Below are positions 41,968 to 51,403 of a stretch of DNA of 54,035 bases, piece after piece. The stretch's first letter is position 1. Each line of letters opens with the position of its first letter. Both the position numbers and the translations under genes were made by a program. The notes beneath the pieces were generated by a model. The model was not told the DNA's origin and did no database searches. It saw only the letters and a program-made list of their open reading frames with translations. The DNA is taken from positions 1 to 54,035 of the forward strand of contig CADCWG010000290.1 in NCBI GenBank assembly GCA_902806335.1, in the 5' to 3' direction. This DNA comes from an uncultured Thermomicrobiales bacterium. GTDB lineage: Bacteria > Chloroflexota > Chloroflexia > Thermomicrobiales > UBA6265.

Positions 41968-44259
41968 CTAGTCGGCCGCGTCGGCCAGGAGCGCCCGGGC
42001 CAGAACTTCCGGCTTGATCGGGATGTCGGTGACCCGGACGCCCGTCGCGTCGCGGATCGCGTTCGCCACCGTCGCCGCGCCCGGGATCGCCGGCGGCTCG
42101 CCGACGCCCTTCGCGCCGTAGGGGCCGTGCTCGCTCGGGACGTGGACGAGCACCGTCTCGATCGGCGGGATCATGTCGGCCTTCGGGATGGTGTAGTCCA
42201 TCAGGCTCGCGGTCAGCAGCTGGGCGTCGTCGTCGTAGGCCATCCCCTCGTAGAGGGCCCAGCCGATGCCCTGCGCGACCCCGCCGTGGATCTGCCCCTC
42301 GACCGCCGACGGATTGATCGCGTAGCCGACGTCCTGGGCGGCGACGTAGTGGTGGACGGTCGTCTCCCCCGTCAGCGAGTCGACCGAGACCTCGGCGAGG
42401 TGGACGGCGAAGCCGGGCGCGCTCTCGGTGATCGCCGTGCTGCCCCGGCCGAACACCGGCTCGTACTTCCCGCCGAAGGTCATGCTCATGCCGGCGATCT
42501 GCTGGAGGCTCACGCTCGCCGTCGGCACGCCCTTGACGCGGACGACCCCGTCGGCCAGCTCGAGGTCCTCCACCGCCGCCTCGAGGTGCTGGGCCGCGAT
42601 GCCGAGGATCTGCTGGCGGGCGTCGGCGGCGGCCTTGTGGACGGCCGGGCCGACGGTGTAGGTCACCTTCGAGCCACCGGTCGCGCCCGCGTAGGGGGCG
42701 GCGTCGGTGCTGGCCGTCGAGACCTGGATGTCCTCGGCCCCCATCCCGAACTGCTCGGCCGCGATCTGGGCGAAGGTCGTATTCGTGCCGTTGAGGTCGA
42801 CCGAACCGAGCACGACCGTCAGCTTGCCGTCCGCGTCGAGGCGGCAGACGGCGGTCGCCGGCTCCACGCCCCCCGGCCAGCCGCCGACCGCGATGCCGAC
42901 CCCCCGGCCCCGGGCCTTGCTCTCCGCCCGACCCTGCCAGCGGGGGTGCTTCTGGAGCGCCTCGAGGGTCTCCTTGAGACCGATCCGCGGCCAGGCGGCG
43001 CCGTTCGGGCGCTGGTCGCCCTCGACCACGCAGTTGTGGAGCCGGAGCGCCAGCGGGTCCATCCCGAGCTCCCGCGCCAGCTCGTCCATCACCGACTCGA
43101 TGGCGAGGCTGCCCTGCTGGGCCCCGGGCGCGCGATAGGCACCGGACTTGGTCCGGTTCGTCATCACCTCGTAGCCGCGGATCTCCAGGTTCGGGAAGCG
43201 GTAGTAGCCGCCCATCAGGATCGCGGCGATCTGGAGCGGGGACCCGGCCACCGAGCCGGCCTGGAAGACCATCTCGCCGTCGAGCGCGGTGATCGTCCCG
43301 TCCGCCTTCGCGCCGACCTTGAGCCGGATCCGGCACCCCGGCGCCGGGTTGGCGGTCAGGAAGTCCTCCATCCGGTTGTACTGGAGGAGGACCGGTCGAC
43401 CGACCGCGACCGCCGCCGCGGCGACGATCGGCTCGATCAGGCCGAACTTGCCGCCGAAGCCGCCGCCGACCGGCATCGCGATCACGTTCACCCGGTGCAG
43501 CGGCACCCCGATCGTCTCCGCCACCTTGGTCCGGGTGTGGAAGAGGGCCTGGGTGCTGGTGTAGACCGTGATGTTCCCCAGGGGGTCGGGCGCGGCCAGG
43601 CAGGCCTGGGTCTCGATGTACCCCTGGTGGACGGTCTGCGAGGTGAAGGTGAGCTCGACCGACTTGTCGGCCGCGGCGAAGCCCGCCGCGACGTCGCCCC
43701 GGCTGAAGTGGACGCTGTTGGAGACGTTCGGCGGCAGGTCCTCCTGCTCGCCCTCGGCCTCCTGGGCGGCGTCGGCGTTGTGCATCCCGGCCTCGTCGTC
43801 GTCGTGCGAGGCGGTCTCGATGAGTCGGACCCGCGGCCCGTCCGGGTCCATCGCCCGGTCGATGGCGATCACCGCGTCGAGCGGCTCGTAGTCGACCTCG
43901 ACGGCGGCGACCCCGTCCTCGGCGGCGGCCTCGGTCTCGGCGAGGACCAGGGCGACCGGCTGGCCGGCGTAGGTCGCCTCGTCCGTCGGCAGGGGGTTCT
44001 CGCCCGGCGACCCGTCGTCGCGGGTCGCGATCGGCAGGTCCGCCGCGGTGAGCACCGCGACGACGCCCGGGATCGCCAGCGCCGGCGCCGTGTCGATGCC
44101 CGTGATCCGGGCGTGCGCGTAGGCGGACCCGACGGGGCGGGCGATCAGCCGCCCGGGGAGCCGGAGATCGCCGGTGAAGCGCTCTTGCCCGGTCAGCTTC
44201 TCCGGCGCGTCGAGGCGCTTGGTCCGCTTGCCGACGGCGACGGGGGCGGCTTGGGCCAT
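41968..44259 (-). CDS. Xanthine dehydrogenase / aldehyde oxidase family molybdopterin-binding large subunit (CoxL-like). ORF opens at 44307; the likely start is the ATG at 44259 behind a 'ggaggg' RBS.
   Basis: N-terminal a/b-hammerhead region 'KRLDAPEKLTGQERFTGDLRLPGRLIARPVGSAYAHARITGID' and the long MoCo-binding core. No adjacent FeS or FAD subunit genes. Confidence 0.8.
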   Translation of the reverse strand: MAQAAPVAVGKRTKRLDAPEKLTGQERFTGDLRLPGRLIARPVGSAYAHARITGIDTAPALAIPGVVAVLTAADLPIATRDDGSPGENPLPTDEATYAGQPVALVLAETEAAAEDGVAAVEVDYEPLDAVIAIDRAMDPDGPRVRLIETASHDDDEAGMHNADAAQEAEGEQEDLPPNVSNSVHFSRGDVAAGFAAADKSVELTFTSQTVHQGYIETQACLAAPDPLGNITVYTSTQALFHTRTKVAETIGVPLHRVNVIAMPVGGGFGGKFGLIEPIVAAAAVAVGRPVLLQYNRMEDFLTANPAPGCRIRLKVGAKADGTITALDGEMVFQAGSVAGSPLQIAAILMGGYYRFPNLEIRGYEVMTNRTKSGAYRAPGAQQGSLAIESVMDELARELGMDPLALRLHNCVVEGDQRPNGAAWPRIGLKETLEALQKHPRWQGRAESKARGRGVGIAVGGWPGGVEPATAVCRLDADGKLTVVLGSVDLNGTNTTFAQIAAEQFGMGAEDIQVSTASTDAAPYAGATGGSKVTYTVGPAVHKAAADARQQILGIAAQHLEAAVEDLELADGVVRVKGVPTASVSLQQIAGMSMTFGGKYEPVFGRGSTAITESAPGFAVHLAEVSVDSLTGETTVHHYVAAQDVGYAINPSAVEGQIHGGVAQGIGWALYEGMAYDDDAQLLTASLMDYTIPKADMIPPIETVLVHVPSEHGPYGAKGVGEPPAIPGAATVANAIRDATGVRVTDIPIKPEVLARALLADAAD

Positions 44260-44464
44260 GGTCGGTGGTTCCCTCCAGAGGTGCCGGTGCTGGGCCGGGG
44301 GCGCCACGCCGGTGACGGTGGCGCGACACCCGGCAGTGTAGCAGCGGGTGGCTCATCGCCTGTCGGGCGTCGGGGCGGGCCGCAACACCCGTCCCGGGCC
44401 GCCGTCCGGGCGGGTCGGGCGTCCCCGCGCCTTCGTCACGGTCGCGTGCCGGATGACCTCGAGC

Positions 44465-44767
44465 TTATGTCGCGTCCTCGGCGGCGATCACCTCGGCCGG
44501 TCCCCACTCCTCGACGCGGATCGCCTGGGCGTCCATGTGGGACAGGAAGCCGTACCGGTCGAGCGTCGCGCTGATGCTCGCCGCGTCGTCGGCGTCCCAG
44601 AGCGAGAAGATCCGGTCATCGTGGAGGTCGGGCGACCAGACCTTGAGCCACCGCGGTGACGCACCTTCCGCGCCGGTGTCGCGCGCAAGGTCGAGCATCC
44701 GTGTCGGCGGGAGCACGGTCGAGTCATCCGTCTCGTTCGGCGAGTGGACGACGAGGTAGCGCGCCAT
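44465..44767 (-). CDS. Small DUF4242-like protein (100 aa)
   Basis: 'MARYLVVHSPNE...GFLSHMDAQAIRVEEW' resembles the DUF4242 N- and C-terminal patterns. Recalled family similarity only. Confidence 0.45.
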   Translation of the reverse strand: MARYLVVHSPNETDDSTVLPPTRMLDLARDTGAEGASPRWLKVWSPDLHDDRIFSLWDADDAASISATLDRYGFLSHMDAQAIRVEEWGPAEVIAAEDAT

Positions 44768-44931
44768 CGGTGGACCTCCTCTGTGCCGTGACCGTCCGCC
44801 TGCCCCTCGGGACCGGGGGTCGGCCGGGACGGGTCGTCTGCCTGTGGGCAACCGAGCCCGCGATCCCGCCGAGTGCCCTGGCGAGCGAGTCGCCCGTCAC
44901 ACCGTCCCGGCGCCGACCCGGCCCCCGCGTA

Positions 44932-46230
44932 TTAGGCCGATCCGCCGGCCGGCCGGCGACGCCGGCGTCGCCGCCGCTTCGCCGTCCCTTCCGGTGCTCC
45001 CCCCGCGACCGCATCCGGGGTCGGGTCCGCCGGGTCCGCGGGCTCCACGGCGGCGGCCGGCTCCTCCACGGTCGCGACCGGAAGGTCCTCGACCGGGCCG
45101 GCCGCCGCCGGTGCCGGGCCGAGCACGTTGATCGGCCCAACCGGGGCCGCCGAGGGCGCGGCGGGAGCGGCAGCGACCGGTTCCGAGCGCGCCGCTGGTG
45201 CCACCGAAGGCCGGCTGAACGCGCCCAGCCCGAGATCGGCGCTGGTGAAGATGATCTCCTGCGGCTCGTCGACCAGCCGCACGGTGACCAGCTCCTTGAG
45301 CACCTGGAGCGAGACCACCATGCCGGGCCCGGCCGGCGTCTCGATGGTCTGGCCGAGGCGCGGCAGCACGACCTTGAGCTGCTTGTACTGCTCGTTCTCG
45401 TAGGAGAGGCAGCAGAGGAGGCGCCCGCAGACGCCAGAGACCTTGCTCGGGTTGAGCGCCAGGTCCTGGGTCTTCGCCATGCCCATCGAGATGTCGGGGT
45501 AGACCGGCAGCCACGAGGAGCAGCAGAGCGTTCGCCCGCAGCGGCCCAGACCGCCGAGCAGACGGGCCTCGTCACGGGGCCCGACCAGCTTGAACTCGAC
45601 CGTGCAGCCGAAGGTCTTGGCCAGCTCCCGCCCGAGCTCCCGCGTGTCCGGCCGGTCCTGGGAGGTGAAGCTCAGCGTCACGGCGCTGCCGTCGAAGGTG
45701 TAGTCGGCGCTGATCGCCTTCATCGGCAGGCCGCGCCGGCGGATCGCCGCGCCGAAGGTCTTGACGGCGACCGCCGCCTCGCGGCGCAGTCGGTCCATCT
45801 TGTGGACCTCGTCCTCGCCGAGCCGGCGCTGGACGGGCTGGAGGTCCCCCTCGAGGGTGCTCAGCAGGACCTGGTGGGGGGCGATCACGACCCGCCCCGC
45901 CTCCTGGCCGCGGTTCGTCTCGACGACGACCCAGTCGCCGGTGTCGAGCTCCTGCGCGGCGGCGTCGAAGTAGTAGGTGCGCCCGGAGTCGCGGAACCGG
46001 ACGCCGGTCACCCGGGCCGCGGGGCCGTCACCCGGGCGGATGCCCGCGGCCGCCTCGCCGGTGTGGCAGTCGCAGTTGCCGACCGGCTCGTTGTTGGCGA
46101 CGCGCTCCTTGAAGCGTTCCCGGGCGAGCGCACGGGCCTCGTCGATCGTTCGCACGGGCGGGACAAAGCCCCCCGCCGGGGCAGGGCCGGCGCTCAGGGG
46201 CGCGGCCGGGACGTGGTGGTGGTCGGCCAT
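44932..46230 (-). CDS. PSP1 C-terminal-domain protein (YaaT/RicT-like) with an N-terminal extension and a poly-Arg C-terminal tail. Start uncertain.
   Basis: 'GRTYYFDAA...WVVVETNRGQE' and the Cys cluster 'GRCGRTLCCSSWL...VCGRLLCCLSYENEQY' are typical of the PSP1/RicT 4Fe-4S region. The tail is 'KRRRRRRRRP'. Located downstream of holB as in Firmicutes. Confidence 0.8.
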   Translation of the reverse strand: MADHHHVPAAPLSAGPAPAGGFVPPVRTIDEARALARERFKERVANNEPVGNCDCHTGEAAAGIRPGDGPAARVTGVRFRDSGRTYYFDAAAQELDTGDWVVVETNRGQEAGRVVIAPHQVLLSTLEGDLQPVQRRLGEDEVHKMDRLRREAAVAVKTFGAAIRRRGLPMKAISADYTFDGSAVTLSFTSQDRPDTRELGRELAKTFGCTVEFKLVGPRDEARLLGGLGRCGRTLCCSSWLPVYPDISMGMAKTQDLALNPSKVSGVCGRLLCCLSYENEQYKQLKVVLPRLGQTIETPAGPGMVVSLQVLKELVTVRLVDEPQEIIFTSADLGLGAFSRPSVAPAARSEPVAAAPAAPSAAPVGPINVLGPAPAAAGPVEDLPVATVEEPAAAVEPADPADPTPDAVAGGAPEGTAKRRRRRRRRPAGGSA

Positions 46231-47321
46231 TGGGACACCATCGATTCCATCGCCAGCCGCGGCCGCACGTTCGCCTCGAGGTCGCCGATGCAGGTCTGCA
46301 CGGCGCAGACCGCCCGGTGGACGTCATCGAGGGCCCAGCCACGGGCAAGCTCTTGCAGTCGTTCCGCAGTCTCTCCGCGGTGGGTCAGGTAGGTAGGTTG
46401 GGCGGCGTGGAGCAGCAGCGCGTCGCGCCACACGCCGAGCAGCGTCTCGAGGTCGGCGAAGACCTCGCCTCGCTTCTTCGTGAACGTGTCGCCAAGCCGG
46501 ACCGCCGTCACGAGGCGGTCGTAGCCCGAGCCGGCGACCCAGGCCAACGCCCGGTCGACCGTCTCCTGGCGACGCTGGAGGAGCTTTGGGTCGGCCGCGG
46601 CACGGTGGGCCCAGCCTGGACGCCCGCCCGCCAGCGCGGCGACCTCCACGGCTCGCGGCTCCGGAAGACCCGCGGCGACGAGTGACGCCGCGACGGTAGC
46701 CCGCGGAACCGGCCGCAGCTCGATGACCTGGCAGCGGGATCTGATGGTTGGCAGGAGGAGCTCGAGGTCGTCGGCCAGGAGCAGCAGCGTCATGAACGCC
46801 GGCGGCTCCTCGAGGGTCTTCAGGAGCGCTTCCTGGGCCGTCTCCTGGAGCGTCTCGGCGTCGTCGACGAGGACCACCCGCCAGCGGCCCTCCATCGGGC
46901 GCAGGGCGGCCGTCGCGCACAGCTCCCGCACCGTCTCGATGGTCATCGAGGTGTTCTTGCCGCCGCTCTTCTCGGCCGTCGCCGCCTGCCGCGCCAGGTC
47001 CCAGGACTGGACGTCCGGGTGGACGCCCCGGCCGATCTTCCGACACGACCGGCAGGCGCCGCAGGCGAGACCCGGCGCCGGCGGCTCGAGGCAGGAGAGC
47101 GCCGCCGCGAACGCCAGCGCGAGGGCGGTCTTGCCGACCGCGTCCGGGCCGGCGATCAGGTAGGCGTGGCGGACGCGGTCGCGGGCGACGGCCCCCTGGA
47201 GCGTCTCGACGGCCGCGTCGTGTCCCCAGACGGGCCAACCGTGCGGCGCGACCGCCGGGGTGGTCAACGGCCCCGGGGCACCGGGTCCCGCCGCCGCGAC
47301 CGGCTTGCTGCGGGTGACCAC
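46194..47321 (-). CDS. holB: DNA polymerase III subunit delta'
   Basis: 'HAYLIAGPDAVGKTALALAFAAALSC...CGACRSCRKIGRGVHPDV' (Walker A plus a zinc module). ~375 aa. Confidence 0.85.
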   Translation of the reverse strand: MVTRSKPVAAAGPGAPGPLTTPAVAPHGWPVWGHDAAVETLQGAVARDRVRHAYLIAGPDAVGKTALALAFAAALSCLEPPAPGLACGACRSCRKIGRGVHPDVQSWDLARQAATAEKSGGKNTSMTIETVRELCATAALRPMEGRWRVVLVDDAETLQETAQEALLKTLEEPPAFMTLLLLADDLELLLPTIRSRCQVIELRPVPRATVAASLVAAGLPEPRAVEVAALAGGRPGWAHRAAADPKLLQRRQETVDRALAWVAGSGYDRLVTAVRLGDTFTKKRGEVFADLETLLGVWRDALLLHAAQPTYLTHRGETAERLQELARGWALDDVHRAVCAVQTCIGDLEANVRPRLAMESMVSQWPTTTTSRPRP

Positions 47322-47324
47322 CGG

Positions 47325-48077
47325 CTAGGCCGCCTTCCGGCGGACCGGACGCCGGCGTGCCTTGGGGGCGTTGGTCTCGAGCTCCTCGCCAAGGGAGAGG
47401 ACATCGACGATCCGCTGGCGGTCAGCCGGACGAATCGAGGGGTCTGGCGGCAGGGTCCGCACGAACTCGGGAAGCTCCTCAGCCAGCAGCACCGGGTACT
47501 CGGGCTTGTCGGCCTCGACGTCGACGCGGGGGTCGGTGAAGACCACGGCGCCGCCGACCTCGACGGCGAGCTGCTTCTCCGCGAGGAGCCCCTCGACCGC
47601 GGCGATCGCCTGGTCGGTCTCTAGCGACGGGTTGCCGAGCTGCGGCCCACTGATGCCGAAGAGGCGGCGCAGCCCGACGCCGCGCTTCCGCCAGCGGCGG
47701 CCCTTGACGAAGACGTCGTCGGACAGCTCGCGGGCGGTCAGCACGAGCACGCCGCCGGGGTAGACGATCAGGTGCTCGATCACCTTCTTGCCGATCGGCG
47801 CGTAGTGGATCGCCGTGTAGGCGTCGCTCAGCTTGTCGAGCTTGTGGTCGATGACCTGGTCGTTGCGGACCGGTCGGTTCCACTTCCCGACCTGCTGCAT
47901 GCCGATGTTGAAGACGAAGAAGCCGATCAGCATCACGGCCCAGGCGACCAGCACCTGGCCGGGGAAGAGGAGCACCAGCACGAAGATGCCCGCGAGCAGC
48001 ACGAAGCCGAGCAGGGCCATCCAGCGGGCCACGCGCTTCCGCCGCTTGACGTGGCCAACGTTTCGCACGATCCGCAT
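47325..48077 (-). CDS. Membrane-anchored NERD (nuclease-related) domain protein
   Basis: Two N-terminal TM helices, then 'AIHYAPIGKKVIEHLIVYPGGVLVLTARE', the NERD core. The upstream part of ORF 47325..48644 is an unterminated extension. ATG near 48077. Stop is 3 nt from the holB start. Confidence 0.65.
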   Translation of the reverse strand: MRIVRNVGHVKRRKRVARWMALLGFVLLAGIFVLVLLFPGQVLVAWAVMLIGFFVFNIGMQQVGKWNRPVRNDQVIDHKLDKLSDAYTAIHYAPIGKKVIEHLIVYPGGVLVLTARELSDDVFVKGRRWRKRGVGLRRLFGISGPQLGNPSLETDQAIAAVEGLLAEKQLAVEVGGAVVFTDPRVDVEADKPEYPVLLAEELPEFVRTLPPDPSIRPADRQRIVDVLSLGEELETNAPKARRRPVRRKAA

Positions 48078-48339
48078 CGAGGCACACCAGAAGGAAGCGT
48101 TAGCAGGTCGGCACCGGACCCGTGGGGCCGCCCACGCCGGGCGCGGGGCCCGCGAGTGGGCTCCGGACGGGGCAGGGCCGGACGGGTTCGGATCCGGCCA
48201 GAGTGTAGCACTTGTCCGCGCCCACTCTGACCGGCGCGCGACCACTCTCTCCCGCTCAGAAGGGGCGTCTGCACAGCTCGATCGGCCCCCGACAGCCACG
48301 CCGAGAGCGGCGCCCGCGACCGTGGCACCAGGTGCGGGG

Positions 48340-49173
48340 TCAGACCAGCGGGGGGGCGCCCACCAGTCGCTCGAGGAGAAAGCGAGCGGCGGCGATCGCC
48401 GCCATCGCCCCCACCCCCAGGACCAGCGCCGCCGGCGGGAGGTGGTGCTCGCGCCCGGCCAGGACGGACGCAGGCCCCTCCGCGAGCAGGGCGAGGACGA
48501 CGAGCGAGAGGAGGGTGACCACGGCCACCGCACCGACCACCAGGGCCAGCGTGACCGGCGCCAGGAGCCAGCCCCAGCCCGAGAGCACCACCGCCGCGAA
48601 CGGCAACCCGGCGAGACCAAGCACTCCCAGCTCGCGAAGGCCACCCACGCACGGGGACGCCGCCCGCGGCCGCCACCACAGGCTCGAGGCGACCAGGAAG
48701 GCGATCACGACGGCCATGGCCACCCCGGCCGCGAGCCCGGTCGCGAGGCGGAGGCGGTTGTCCGGCGGGTACGGGTGCCACCAGCCCAGGTCGACCAGGA
48801 GCGCGTTCGTACCGTCGGCCGCCATCGCCGCCACGCCCAGACCGAGCACCCCTATCACCCGCAGCGGCGGGATACCGGCCGACCGGAAGCGGCCGCGGAC
48901 AGCCAGCAGGACGCCCGCCGAGAGGAACCCTCCGTAGATGCCGGTCATTCGCGCGTCGAACGGCAGGAGCTCACCGCCGAGCGAGAAGGAGTGGCTGGGG
49001 CGTTGCGCGCACAGGCCGTGGAGCGCGGCGTGGGCCTTATGGGCGAGCGGCCAGGGTGCCAGCAGAAATGCCGCGGCCAGCAGCCCCGCGACCGTCAGGA
49101 AGAGCGGCGTCCCCGGCGACCGACGGCCGCCCGCCGGCAGCGGACGCGGAACGACGAGACGCGGGGCGGCCAT
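48340..49173 (-). CDS. DUF2085 family integral membrane protein
   Basis: 'HAALHGLCAQRPSHSF' motif and ~6 TM helices. ATG near 49173. Confidence 0.65.
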   Translation of the reverse strand: MAAPRLVVPRPLPAGGRRSPGTPLFLTVAGLLAAAFLLAPWPLAHKAHAALHGLCAQRPSHSFSLGGELLPFDARMTGIYGGFLSAGVLLAVRGRFRSAGIPPLRVIGVLGLGVAAMAADGTNALLVDLGWWHPYPPDNRLRLATGLAAGVAMAVVIAFLVASSLWWRPRAASPCVGGLRELGVLGLAGLPFAAVVLSGWGWLLAPVTLALVVGAVAVVTLLSLVVLALLAEGPASVLAGREHHLPPAALVLGVGAMAAIAAARFLLERLVGAPPLV

Positions 49174-49216
49174 GGGACTCACCTTCTGGCGGCGGGGCGG
49201 GTAGGGCGGCAGTACG

Positions 49217-50215
49217 ATGCCAACGATTGTCCACCATGCGACGGGGCACACGGTAGTCGGCATGGACACCCGACTGGGTGGGTGCGGGGGGAGCCGGAGC
49301 CAGGGCGACTCTCCGGCGCCGAGCGTGGCCCGCGCCGACGGCATGGCGCGGGCCGTGCCAGACTACGGCGCCGCCCACCGTGGGCCGGCTCGCCTCCGTC
49401 CGGACCAGCTCTGGCCGGCACGTCAGGAGTCCCCGTTGGTCAGCGCGAAGTCCAGCCTCCGGTCGCCCGCCTCGGCCGCCCCGGCGGCAATCGTCGAGCG
49501 GGCAACCACGACCGTCCGCGCCGCCAGGCGGCGAGCCGATTCGAACACCGTCTCGGCGCCGGCCGCGCTGGTCCGCGGGCAGACCGCCGTGGCGGTGGCC
49601 ACCGTCGCGCTGGCCGGCTTCGCGGTCCTCTTCGGGTTGGTCCGCACCAAGCGCAGCGCCGCGACGGACGTCGCGATCACGATGCGCGTCCAGGCCCGGC
49701 GCCAGCCGTGGCTGGCGCGGACCATGGCCTTCGCCTCCTGGGCCGGCTTCCCGCCCCAGAGCCGTCTCCTGCCGATCGTCTACCAGGGCACCCTCTGGCT
49801 GCTCGGCCTTCGGACCGAGGCGGTCTTCCAGCTCCTCGCCTGGGGCGCCAGCGGCGTCTCGTTCAGCGTGAAGCGGCTGATGCGCCGGCCGCGGCCCGAC
49901 CACCCGCAGATCCGCGTCGCGGTCGCCCGGATCGGCGGGACCAGCTTCCCGAGCGGTCACGTCCTCAACTACATGGGGACCTACGGCTTCCTCGCCTACC
50001 TCGCCCACGTCCAGCTCAAGGCCGGCGCCCTCCGGCGGACGGTCGTCGGCGGTCTCCTCGGGCTGATCGGCCTGGTCGGTCCCAGCCGCATCTACCTGGG
50101 CCACCACTGGTTCACCGACGTGCTCGCCTCCTACCTGCTCGGAACGGCCTACCTGCTCGGTCTGACCACGGTCTACCGGTGGGTCAAGGCGTGGCAGCTC
50201 GGGTCTCGCGGGTGA
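49217..50215 (+). CDS. PAP2 (type-2 phosphatidic-acid phosphatase) family membrane phosphatase. The N-terminal ~100 aa of the ORF may be untranslated leader.
   Basis: PAP2 motifs 'KRLMRRPRP', 'PSGH' and 'SRIYLGHHWFTDV'. Confidence 0.75.
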   Translation: MPTIVHHATGHTVVGMDTRLGGCGGSRSQGDSPAPSVARADGMARAVPDYGAAHRGPARLRPDQLWPARQESPLVSAKSSLRSPASAAPAAIVERATTTVRAARRRADSNTVSAPAALVRGQTAVAVATVALAGFAVLFGLVRTKRSAATDVAITMRVQARRQPWLARTMAFASWAGFPPQSRLLPIVYQGTLWLLGLRTEAVFQLLAWGASGVSFSVKRLMRRPRPDHPQIRVAVARIGGTSFPSGHVLNYMGTYGFLAYLAHVQLKAGALRRTVVGGLLGLIGLVGPSRIYLGHHWFTDVLASYLLGTAYLLGLTTVYRWVKAWQLGSRG

Positions 50216-50522
50216 GCACCGCGCCGGACCCCCCGACCGGGGCGGCCGATCCCGCCCGGCGCCGTCTCCCCGCGCCCCTCGGCCCGCGGACCGGCCACCG
50301 CCGCGGCCGGGTGATCGCCGATCCTCCCCGAGCTCATCGGCCGGCGCGCTTGCCGGTCCCGCGGGTGGCTCGAGGCGACGCGGCCGGCAAGGATCGGCTT
50401 GCCGCCTGGACAGGGTCGGCCGTCGCTGCCCCGGCCGGCAGCCTGCTCGCCCTCGGAGACAGGATCGCCGCCGGAGCGGCGCCCCGGGCCGCCCGAGGCT
50501 CGGTTCCGGGGAGGGCGGGCCG

Positions 50523-51308
50523 GTGGTAAGCCAGGTGTCCGGGCGCCAGACGGATGTCGTCGGCCACCGAGGCGCCCCCGCCTTCGCCCGGGCGAACTCC
50601 GAAGCGTCCTTCCGCGCCGCGCTGGAGGTCGGTGTCGACCGGGTCGAGTGCGACGTCAGGCTCTCCGCCGACGGCGCCCTGGTCCTCGTCCACGACGCCA
50701 CGGTCGAGATGCCCGACGGCACCCCGAACGCCATCGGCAGCCTGACGCACGCCCAGCTGCGGGACGCCATCCCCAGCCTGCTGGTGCTGGACGATCTGGT
50801 GGAGATCGTCGGCGGCCAGGCCCCGCTGATGGTCGACGTCAAGGGACCCGGCTACGAGGCGGAGGTCGCCGCCGCCATCCGTCGGCACCGCCTGGCGGAG
50901 ACGGCGTCGGTGCCCTCCACCTGGGTGGTGACCCTGCGGCGCCTACGGGCGGCGTTCCCCGGGCTCCGGCTGGGTCTCTCGACCGGCCACATCGTCGGCG
51001 GCGCCCCGCACGCGCTCCGCCCGGCGATCGGGACGACGGTTCGCGCCGTCCTGCCCAAGCTGATCCCGGTCGCCCTCGCCGCCGCCCGCGCCGACGAGTT
51101 GATGGTCCATCACCGCGCCGTCACGCCGGCCCTGGTCGACGCGGTCCACCGCGCCGGCAAGAAGGTCAACCTGTTCACCGTGGACTCCGAGGAGGACATC
51201 CGGCGGGCCCTCGCTCTCGGCCCGGACAGCATCATCTCCAACCACCCCGACCGCGCCATCGTGCTCCGCGACGAGTACGACGCCCGGATTCCCTCGCCGA
51301 ACGGGTAG
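50523..51308 (+). CDS. Glycerophosphodiester phosphodiesterase (GDPD family)
   Basis: 'VVGHRGAP...ENSEASFRAALEVGVDRVECDVRLSADGALVLVHD' (HR(G), E..D, H D catalytic motifs). Confidence 0.85.
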   Translation: MVSQVSGRQTDVVGHRGAPAFARANSEASFRAALEVGVDRVECDVRLSADGALVLVHDATVEMPDGTPNAIGSLTHAQLRDAIPSLLVLDDLVEIVGGQAPLMVDVKGPGYEAEVAAAIRRHRLAETASVPSTWVVTLRRLRAAFPGLRLGLSTGHIVGGAPHALRPAIGTTVRAVLPKLIPVALAAARADELMVHHRAVTPALVDAVHRAGKKVNLFTVDSEEDIRRALALGPDSIISNHPDRAIVLRDEYDARIPSPNG

Positions 51309-51403
51309 GTCTCTGGGCGAAGACGGCACCGATCGTCTCTGGCATGCTCGTGGGAGAGTCACACGGAGTTCTCTGCCCGGCCATCTCCCAAGGAGCGTCG
51401 CGT

